Part shown: piece after piece, positions 48,489 to 58,700 of the stretch
How positions within the stretch are numbered: position 1 is the first letter of the stretch
How the letters are laid out: each line of letters opens with the position of its first letter
Assembly: GCA_008632985.1 (NCBI GenBank)
Contig: QPGO01000069.1
Coordinates: 248,001 to 312,000, forward strand
DNA from: Psammoneis japonica
Taxonomy: Eukaryota
DNA: 64,000 nucleotides
Direction: 5' to 3'
Notes under the pieces: model-generated
Database searches by the model: none
The model's input: the letters and a program-made list of their open reading frames with translations, nothing else
What the model was told of the DNA's origin: nothing
Made by a program: the position numbers and the translations under genes

Positions 48489-48711
48489 CGAGTAAATCTA
48501 GCTGCCGAACAGGCTCAGCCACTCACAGTCTTAGTGCGACAGTGCAAATGCAACCAACAAGATGCTTCCAGGCCTGTTGCAACTGCAACAGATGCAACAA
48601 GTGAAAACCATTCTGTGGTCATCGGCATTTTGGTCCGCACACCAGTCACAGTTTCTCCACAGCACCTCCCAGAGCACACTGGACAGTCCCTGACACATCG
48701 GATTTCACTCG
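48489..48711 (-). repeat. 5' LTR (223 bp) of the copia element
   Basis: Direct repeat of 42216-42439. Confidence 0.92.
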
Positions 48712-50479
48712 GAACAAAGGAGACGCTTTTCGGGTGGAGTGCGTGGACTGGACTGGTGGCCAAATCAAGAACAACGACAGCTCGGACAATGTCAAAAACA
48801 TCAATTTGAGCCAGGTCCACTGCCTTTCAGGTCCGATTGAAAATCCATTTTCGATTTTTTTTCTTGGAAAAAACAGACTGTGGCACTGATGAGCAAAAGT
48901 GAAAGCTCACATCATCAAGCTTTGCCCAGGCAACTCTTTCAATGGGATTGCTGTTGCACTGAGGACTGATTGTACATTGAACAACCCTGAAAACAGTGCA
49001 TGGAATTTTGATTGTGACAACAGCCAGTGCGCCCACTCAAATTGTGCCCACAAGTGGTGACCGAACTTCAGCAGCAGCACATTCTGTGTCGTTCGCACAT
49101 GTGCAAGGGCAACGGCAGAGACAGCACCTGCTTGCTGGGGCATCTGAACAGTGCAAGCTAGACAACAATTGTCAATGTGCTGCAACAAGATGCAGCTTCC
49201 AGCTTTCCAGAACATCATTGCTTGAGTCACATGCCACTCGCATGATTGCCAAGTCAGGACTTGCACAAAGAGCCATGAGCTGAGCAAATCAGCCTTTCCC
49301 ATCTCAGCGGATGACCGCTTCATCCCCAAGCATGCACAAATCAATCCAAAGCTTGGCTTCAGCAGCAATCTCAAGGATGATGCTAAAGGAAAAGAGCTTG
49401 CTGCTCAAATGGATGAGTTGGTTGACACCTTTCAACAGAATGCAGCCAACCTCATGCATCAAGCAGCTGTGTGTGAATTGGAGGTTGCGAGCCAGCTGAG
49501 ATTGGAAAAATTTGTCAACGCAAGTGTCACACTCTTCATGTTTTGCACATGCCATGTGATTGAACATGAAAAGAAAGGCACTGTGCCAACCTCACCCCAC
49601 GATGCCTTGGTGGCATGATTTTCACACCAAGTTTCTGGACAGACTTGGTGTCAACTGTTGCACTGACCACCTTGGCACTGCTGACAACAAGGTGATCCAA
49701 GAAACAGCTCATCAGCTGGAACCTCAACCAAGCACTGCCAGAAAACTCCCTGCAGGGCAGTGACCAAGTCTCCCAGGACTCTCAAAGCTCCTCCCAGGAA
49801 ACTCACCTTGACACTCAACCTGACAATGACACAGAAGCCCATTTGCACCAAAACAGTGAGAAGCAGACAGCTGCAGCAATCACCCAAGAAATGGACAAAT
49901 TCTTTCAAGATGTGTTGTTGACCTCCAAGCATCCTTCCATGCAAAAGAGCAGCAGAACTCTGCTTGTGTCAAGACAGCTGCCAGGTGGAAGAAGCACAAA
50001 ATGCTGAAAGTGGCAGATGCTGCCACCGCCACCCTTGAAGATGAGCCTGTGGTGCCATCCCCTGCCATGGAACAGGTGGCACACAAGGCTCTGGAGAAAG
50101 CAGGGCCAAAGCACTTCAAGCAACAGCTGAAAAAAAATGAACAGAAAAGACTCCAAGAGTTGCCAGGAAATCCAAAAACTGGTGATGTTCACACAAAAGA
50201 CATTGCAACCAATGCTGCACAAGAAAAAGGACAAGGGAAATTTAAACAACCTCCCAAAGAAGCAAAAGCATGCCCCTGCAAATCAGAAAAGAAGAGGAGC
50301 ACATCAAGGAGGACAGCGCAACGATGGGCAAAGAGGAACAAAGAACACAAAAAAGCAATGCAGGTGTGGCACCACCACAAAACAGCTTTGCATCCCATCT
50401 TGATGGCCATTCAAGAAACAGCCAACTGCTGCAGACAAGCGCACGGCTTTGCATTGGACTCAGAAAAGCCACCAAAGGA

Positions 50480-50920
50480 GATCACCACCACTGCACTGGG
50501 CACTGTGAATTCCACCAAATGTTTTGCCTGCCCAAAGAACCTGGCCTTCCACAACCCATGCACAGGGCTGCAACCACCCCCAGGCCTTGGTTCATTGCCA
50601 GGTTTTGGCCATGAGTTCTGCATTGAGTCAGCAAAACCCTTCTCTCACAACAGACAATGCACGCAGCAATTGTGACAGTCCATGCACCTGAAACACTTCA
50701 TCAACAACTCGGACTTAGACCTTGGTGAAGACTGCAATCCCAACCTCTGTGTCCCATCCAGCTTCAACCCTCCTCCAATCGAGACTGGATCCATTGAACT
50801 TTGCATGATGAACTTTGTAAATGCAGCAGACTGTGGCAGCCAACAAGCCTCCAAGAGAAGATCTCACTTCAATCTCTCCCCAAGACAATGTCAAGCCCTC
50901 CGCAATCTGCAAAAGGATCT
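50480..50920 (+). mobile_element. Truncated Penelope-like retroelement fragment (region N-terminal to the RT), degenerate
   Basis: PKNLAFHN.C..LQPPPGLGSL.G.G..FCIE, CNPNLCVPSSFNPPP (cf. YNPKLYIxSxWxPP) and NLSPRQCQALRNL. The match ends before the RT core. Confidence 0.55.
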
Positions 50921-51375
50921 GAATGCGATGAGGGATGAGGCGAGTGCTCTCAAAATGATGAAGTGCCGCATCGTACAGCATTCACCGCCCACAACACACC
51001 ACCAAAGCAATGGGACCAGAAAATGAGGTCTCGGGGGAGAAAGTTGAATCAATCGTGTTAGCGTAAAATCTACTGGCGCTCGGTATTCAGTTTCCACGAT
51101 CGAAACGCATCAACCATCGTTCTTAAATCCATGTCACAAGAGACAAATTTTTACGCCAATCAGAATCCTCAATTGCCACACTCAAAACAAAAAGAGGCAT
51201 CATATTTTATCGTGGTCACCGACGACAATTTCATTTTTATTGATGTTGAACTACAACCTTTAAATGTTTCGAACATTTAATGACAAGTATGTGGTTTTGG
51301 CTGTGTTTCATGTGTTCCAAATTCTTGTTTTTCGTCGTTTTCCCCACAACATTCTTTTTGAGACTACGAGTCATC

Positions 51376-53926
51376 ATGACAAAGACAACGACGGTGTTAC
51401 TGGCAGCCCTACTACTGTCTAGCACCACCAACTCGTGGGGAGAGCCCACCAAAACCTACAGAAAGGACAAGGTATTGTTTGCTGCGTGCGCCGCTGGCTC
51501 GGTTGGTCCTCCTGTGAGCGGCTCGAGGCTCACTGTTCTGACTCTTATTGCGTTTTGTTGACTCTCTCGCCCCGTAGACTAAATCTCTTCCTGTGGTTGT
51601 TCCTGCACGAAAGGCCGAGCATACCGAGTTCGATGATGATAACTACGATGATTACCATGGGACTCCAACTCCGCATCATCCTGCACGAAAGAGCGACGAC
51701 TATGATGACCACCCTGCACCAACCGAAGAACCGACCGAGTTCGATGATGATTACTATGCTCCACCTCCGCACCATACACCGAGCAAAGAACCAACGGAGA
51801 AAAGCCATCCAACTCCGTACCCTACAGCAGAACCAACGGAAACTCCAACTTCATACCCTACGTCAGAACCACCGACAGCGATCAGGTGTACAATCGAAGT
51901 TTTCCGCGAAAGGCCATATTTTGTCAAACCGCTGGATGATTGGCCTAGAAAAGGAACTTGCCCGCGTTCTCCCAGATGGGTATTGTCCGAAGAAACTCCC
52001 ATCACGATCCAGGTGACTATTCCGACACTCGATATTCCTCAAGTCGTAGTCGAAGTGTTTAATAAGAAGCTGCAAGATGATGGCCACAATGCCAGGGTTG
52101 ACATTTTTTGCCCCCGGAGGGTCCCGGGAATCTATCGCACCAGAACTGCGGGGCAGGACGAAGTTTTGTTTCTTCGATCATATACAAGGGAAACTCGGCG
52201 AGGCGACTACATCCATGTACGAGACGAGGAGATTCTCACGTTCAAGCTATTCGACCCACCGATTCCCAATTGCGAGACGACCGTCATGGTAGACCGTGGC
52301 GAAACGGCTGCCGTCACTACGGTTGAAAGTCGTCCCACATTTCAAGCAATCCTCCGGAAAGAGGTTCTACGTATTGCGGATTGGGGGGAGAAAAAATCCT
52401 GGGGTGACAGCGGATCGCTCCCCGCTTCGATGGACATGTCTGATTTCATTCTCAACGCAGGCGAAGATGACACCAATGATCCTTCTCGTACGAATTGGGA
52501 AAGCGACCTTCTTTACATCGGCGCACATGGCGATGAACGGGGCGATCTATTACCAGACAGGGGCCCATATCATTTCTTCCCAGACGATTTTGTGTATCGA
52601 GGATTTCCTGATTTTCACATTGACACTTCTTCGACATACGATAAGACCGTAGGAAGGAAAACATTCGGGAGAGATAACAAAGAATGGGATACTGACGTGG
52701 ATTGGGTTCTGCTTTATTCTTGCCTGACACTTTCCAACAAGCTTCTTCCCGTTGGACATTACAACGCGTCGGGTGATTTCGTTAACGATACGAGCCGTAA
52801 CTCGGCACAAAAGAGATGGCACCGAGCATTTGGGCAGGGCCGCGGTATACACGGCATCCTGGGATTTCAAACGACGACTCCCTTCTCGACCGTGTTGCCC
52901 GTGTTGGATGAATTTCTTGCTCGTATTTCGAAGGAACTACCCATTGCTGCGTCTTGGATTAATGCCGTCGCTACCCGCGCCAAAGGATCGGTTCCTGCGT
53001 TATTGTACCTGGACAAAAACAGGGTTGATACGGTGAAAACGATGAAGCGAGACCATTGCGAAGGTGAAACTCCTGTATATTGGGCATCTGGTATGGCCAA
53101 CCCTCCCGAAGGTGTCGAGAAGAAGAAGGTGATAAAAGGGACACTGCCAGCAGAAGGCACACCACCATGCGTTGAAACGGATGGGCCTCCTCTTCACAGT
53201 ACCCTTTTTGGAGGGTCCTGTGGCGTATACACCCCGCTCCCATCAGTCGCTGGGGAGTTTCCTCGCCTTTTGTTGTTGCGAAACGACAAGCCGAAGGAAG
53301 ATTCAAGTTTTGAGCTCGATGATAACGGCATTTGGACTATTTTTCGACTCGTGGAGGATGAGTCGTCTCCACCAGAAGCGAATGCGATCTCTCTCGAGGA
53401 AGCAGAGGCTCGTGTGCGCCAATTACTCAAAGACAACTTCGAGTCGCCTCCAGACGACATGGAACTGCAGGGGGTATTCCAAGGCTCCGCCAGTTATCAT
53501 CCCAATCATGATCTAGACGCAGAAACGATTACAGTCCCCCATAGGTTCGAGGTTGTCTTGGAGCAGAGGTATTCCGGACTCACGGTGTTTGATTCCGACG
53601 TGTATGCGTTCTTAACGCCGCACGGGGAAACGGAGCTCGCCACTGTTGTTTTCTACAAGATATCACCCCATGGTTCCGCGTCTCACATCATCAGCGCAAA
53701 GCGCGCCGCTCAACGAGCCGCCAGACATTTTCGAAGGCGCTTCCGACGAAACCCTTGCCGCATCACCGAAGTGGTGGCATATTATGGAAAGCCACTCCCC
53801 GCTCCTCGCGGGCACTTGTTGGTCAGGCCCGTCTGGTCAGTGGAGTTCCTTTCGGGAGAGGTTGTCATTACGGTCGATGCTTATAATGGCCGAATTCTCG
53901 AGACCAACATTGCAGGAGAAGATTAA
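51376..53926 (+). CDS. Secreted protein: Asp/His/Tyr repeats, PT-rich linker, caspase/CHAT-like (DUF6345-like) domain and PepSY-like C-terminus; intron 51472-51577
   Basis: Signal peptide MTKTTTVLLAALLLSS. In-frame GT-AG intron. TEFDDD repeats and PTxEPT repeats. Motifs YIGAHGD...DVDWVLLYSCLTL...GIHGILGF and PVWSVEF...VDAYNGRIL. Confidence 0.75.
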
Positions 53927-54251
53927 TTGCATCAGTACATTGATTGAATTGTTTGATGAGTGTGTGCTAAGGTATCACTCGCCCTCTTCGGGGATTGTGA
54001 GGCAGTACCTTCAGTGCACCTTCGAATGCACGCTTTGTACAATACGTCATGCACGCTTTCGACAATTTCACATGGCTCAAGGAGTTTGCTAGACTGGCTC
54101 TGCAGGTACAAGTACCCTACCCGCCGCCATTTTATTGTGTGTGCATCGTTGCATCGTGCATCCCAATCCGGCCATCATCAATCATCAGTGCATGCGATCC
54201 GTCGTGCATCTCATCCATCTTCGCACAACACCCCTCTGAGAGTCTACCATA

Positions 54252-54604
54252 CTGTATGGGGACATACATGATAAATTTGACCAGTGGTCAAAAATGTGTG
54301 TACATTTTGTACCATAATTCTACGCTGGTAGAAGTTTAACTTTTACGTAAACTTTTGTATCGATTTTTGGTACAAATTTGCACGGTTTTAACGTCTTTAA
54401 CGGATTATTTGAATTAAATAACGAAAAGCGCATGCCTCATTTATAGACCTATAGGGTATGAATAAAAAGTTATTCAAAAACGTTAAACTATGTAGAAAGA
54501 CGTTAAACTTAAACATTTGTAGTACGAGGATATGTATGTACCGTAGCATTCTACACGAGATTTTGACCACTGGTCAAATTTATCATGTATGTCCCCATAC
54601 ACAG
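54252..54604. mobile_element. MITE-like element with 41-bp perfect inverted repeats flanked by TA (Tc1/mariner-like)
   Basis: 54253-54293 (tgtatggggacatacatgataaatttgaccagtggtcaaaa) is the reverse complement of 54561-54601. AT-rich non-coding interior; TA on both outer sides. Confidence 0.8.
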
Positions 54605-54744
54605 TACGTAGGAATGACTTCCTTTTATGTAAAATATAAATACTTTTATTCAACGATATAATATAAACATTAACTACGAAGTAAGTAGTCTCACGTGTTC
54701 CCACGTGATCGACTCACTCCGCGGCCGCTCCCAGTTCTCCTCGC

Positions 54745-55690
54745 AGTTCACAAGGACACCATGCGCGAAGTGAAGCAAGAAGTAGCCGATCGAAAAGCTA
54801 TAGCGCACGGGGAGACCCTTAAAACGATCCTCAGGACCCCACCTGACCTCCAGGCCAGAGCTGTCAAGCGCAGCACCAAGACTGGCGCGTGGCTTTCAGC
54901 ACACCCTTCGACACTGAATGGCGCGGAACTCTCGTGCCAAGAGTTCCATGACGCGCTCTTCCTGCGGCACAGCCACACTCCACCCAACCTCCCGCAGCAC
55001 TGCAATGGATGTGGATGCAAGTTTACGATGAACCACGCCCTTCAGTGCAAGAAGGGCAGCCCAGTCATCTCACAACACGATGAAGTGTCCGTGACAACCT
55101 GGGTGGCCCAGTGGGCAAGGCTTGCAAACCTTCCTGTGCACGCGACAAACCCCTGATCAACCCCACCGGTTGCAGCACAGGAAGCTCAAGCACCCCCACC
55201 AGTTCTCCAGGAAACACTGACTCCAACAAGTCTGAGGAGATGGCAATCGCGGGGACCTTCTCTGCATGCAATTTTGGGACAGAAGGACAGACATGGTGAT
55301 GGACATTGCATCCCTGCCCTGACCGGACGCAAAGTCACACCCATCCAAAACACCAGAAGAAGTTCTGGCAAGCCACAAATGTGAAAAAAAGTGTGAGTGC
55401 CTCAAGCCCTGTCTTGAGCAGCACCATCATTTTGCGCCCTTCGCAGTGTCATGTGACGGACTTTTCAGCAAGGAAGCCAAGGCAATGCTCTGCAAGATGG
55501 CATCGATGCCATCAGACAAATGGCAAAAGCCACACTCTGAAGCATGCGGCCACATCAATGCAAGAATGAGCATTGCCACAGTCCGGGCAACCCACTGTTG
55601 CCTCAGGGGATCCCATGTTCCCGCCTCTCAGATCAGCTCCAGACGACCCCAGTGGGAAGATGGCGCCGGTCTGTCCCCACACAGACACCA
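54745..55690 (+). mobile_element. 3' fragment of an RLE-type (CRE-like) non-LTR retrotransposon, degenerate
   Basis: TGAWLS..PSTLNG.ELS.QEF.DAL.LR, C.GCG.KF...HAL.CKKG zinc knuckle, RGDL-like endonuclease region, DGL..KEAK, ARMSIA.VRATH.CLRGS. Confidence 0.85.
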
Positions 55691-55799
55691 AAGGACCCCA
55701 ATCCAATCAACCCCCACCCTTCCTGACAGCACACCAACTGACTGTCCACCAACACCACCAATGTCATGCCCAGAAGATGACAAAAACCTGCCACCACAC

Positions 55800-58700
55800 T
55801 GAATGCGGCGCCACAATCAACTCAAATGTCGCGTGCACAGCCTGCGATTTGCGTGCAACAACTGCCCCTCACTCACATGACTGCATTGATGCTGCATTTT
55901 CTGTTGTCATGACAAGGAAGTGAGCCATGTTGCATCACTTTTTCTGCTCATGGAAGAGGGCAGATGGATTTGAAATGCTTGGAAGATTCAAAAAGCAGCA
56001 CAAGGAATCAACACCAAGTTTGTGCAGAAAGAGAGCAAGTCAACCCAAGTGTTCTTTGCAATCTGGTTGTCCCCAACTTCATTGCCTTGGGAACTTTTTT
56101 GCTTTCACTGCAGCTGACAAAAATCAGTTGTTTGGGTGCTGGTGCATCAGCACAGCAGAAACTCTGACAGGGGGCTGGCCCACACACTCCCAGCACACCG
56201 GTGCTGTTGATGCAGTTTGGGAGGGGATGTCCAGGACAGGCCAGAACTGGTGTGCCATCATCAGATGAAGCCTGCCCAAAACAACTGGTTGTTGCTCTTG
56301 CAACTTGCACACAGCATTCCAGGCAGCTGGGTTGGCACTGTCCTTCAATGCAGGGTTGCAGCATGACAGCCATCTGCACAGATGGTGAGCAGAGTTTGTC
56401 AAGTGGTCTTCCACTTGACTGGTGAGTGTGATTGTTCTTTGCTTGCATTCATCTCTTCATTTGCAGATCACTCAAATTTGGTCTTTCACATCCTGTCAAC
56501 ATGCCTGTTGTCTCATTTGTTGATTGTCATGCCCATGCATGGCTGTGCTGCATTTGTCCCAAAGATCTTGCCACTTCACCCAAACACACTGGTCCATCCT
56601 TTGTGTGTGGTGACTGCAAAGCTGAGGCCACAGGCCGTGTCATCAAAAATGACACTGCACCTGCAAGCTGAGGTGTTGCCAACTGACTTTTTCTTGAGAG
56701 TCTGCAAACTTGGGCTGCATGAGAAGATGATGCCAGCACAAGTGCAGAATTTCATCACCCAAACACACCAGTCCATGGCAAATGCACCCCAGCTGCGCTC
56801 CTTTGTGTGTGGAGACTGCAGCAAAGCTGAGGCCACAGGCCAAGTCATTGGAAATGACACTGCACATGAAAGCTGAGGTGTCTCCAACTAACTTTTTTTT
56901 AGAGTCTGCAACCTTCTTGAGCTTCATGAGGAGAGGAGATGCTGGCATGAACGCAGAATTTCATCACATGGTTGCTGCTCTCCTGGGTGGCTGGGTGGCC
57001 AACAGAAGAGCAAGCTCTGAGTGGCAGCAGCATGTTGCACAGATCATCTCACACAACTCTTCTTGTGGTGGAGACCTTGGAGAGAGACAAACAGCACCAG
57101 CTGGAGTTGTGCATGCACTGGACCATGCCTGCCCCATCTGTTTGAAGGAGAACAGCAGAGTGCACAACAAGGCATGGGAGGGCAGTTTGAGGTGACAACA
57201 ACAATGCCATGGGCTGGCACAGCAAGGCTGTCAAAATGGCGATCATGATGACAAAGCACAGACCAGCCATTGGGTCTGCCACCACTGTGATGTTGTGGAA
57301 ACACCCTCTGCATCAGAAGAATCAGGATGAGCCATGAGGATTGTGCACTTTGTGCTGGCTGCTCTGCTTCTTGTGCATGCCACTCTTTTCATTTTGCCCT
57401 TGTTTGTCATCAGAGGTGGAGACAATTTAGCTGGGGCTCACTCAAATCATGTGGGTCAAATCTGATGTTTCCACACAGGTTTGACCTGAATTGTGGCCTG
57501 CTGGGTCATGGTTCATTGCAGTTTGGGTGAGCCACACTGGTGTGCCAAATTTTTCATGCAGCTGTGCCTGTCATTTCCTGTTGTCACACCACACAAATGA
57601 CAACCACACTCATGACATTGATGCATTGTTGCATTGCAGCAAACTTTCATTTCATGTTTTTGATGCGTGCTCCCATTTTTTAATGCATTTTCTCTGCCAG
57701 TGTTCAACCATCCAAATGTTGTTTCACATGGTGAATGTCTTTGCCAAAACAAATGTCATTGCGCTGCTGTCATTGATGCATCTGCAAACCACATTTCCCC
57801 TGTTAATTGATGTCATCATCATCCTCCATTGGCACTGCATTGTCCATCACTTGCTTCTTTTCTGTCAACACATTCCCAGAATTGCTTGGACCACAGTTCA
57901 CTGCATTGCTCTGCATCCTTGCTCATCCTCTTTGTGTGTGTCTCCTTTTCCAATTCTTGGCACCTGTCAGTCCTTGTTTGTTCCAACCTTGGCCACTCTT
58001 TTTTGCCTTTTGTCCTTTTCCAGTGCTGTGCTGCACTTCACTGTTGTGCGAGCCTCTGTTCCTGCAGCTTTTCCTTTGCTTTCCCATGCACATGCACCCA
58101 CTTTTTCCAGATGTTCTCCAACATCAGCAGACCAAATGCCTTGTCACTTCCCCATGCCAACTTGTTCAAGCAACACCTTGATTGGAGAGCCAATGTTTCT
58201 GCAATGTCTTCCCAATGACAATGGGCAGGAAGTGGCAGGTGCAGCAGCTGTGTGCCTCCATGGCATTCCTTCCCTCCAGCATGTCCTCCAAGGATGGCAT
58301 GTTTTCATTGTCATGATTCAGCCTGCCTGTTTGTCCACAAAACACATCAACGTGACCTGGGTCAGTGTTTGTTGTCTGTGCTGTTTGCAGTTTCCCCTGC
58401 AGCAATGCTTGCTGAAGAATTCCTTCTTGTTCTCCACAGGCATTGTTCCTCTTTCTTGTTGCTTGTCTTCTCACCTTGTCCTTTGACATGTTCCATGTCT
58501 GCGTCCTGTTTCTGTCCAGCATGTTTGGCTGGACAAAACAGTCTCAACCTCCCTTTCATTGCTGATGGTGTCTTGTGGCCTTGTTGTTCAGAAACTTGCG
58601 CCAATGGAAAAGCACATTCTTGTAGCCAGCAGCTCTCCATGTCCCTGTCATTCATTTTGTCATTGCACCCTTTTTTCTTTCACTTGCCACTCATTGTGTC

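Larger units (their letters stand above)
42216..48711 (-). mobile_element. Ty1/copia LTR retrotransposon with both LTRs (diatom CoDi-like), inactivated; 4-bp TSD GAAC (42212-42215, 48712-48715)
   Basis: LTR pair present. Domain order on the minus strand is gag (48198-46768), integrase region (~46000-45250), RT (FDIKLGENFRRKARMVAGGH; xVDD) and RNase H (FVDADHAG, FCDNEAV, KKHHSI). PPT and PBS are present. Confidence 0.93.

Noticed and set aside
42216..48711. Classical fungal-type RIP (CA>TA)
   Set aside because: RIP enriches TA and creates stops. Here TA is lost, and conserved motifs show TA was ancestral.
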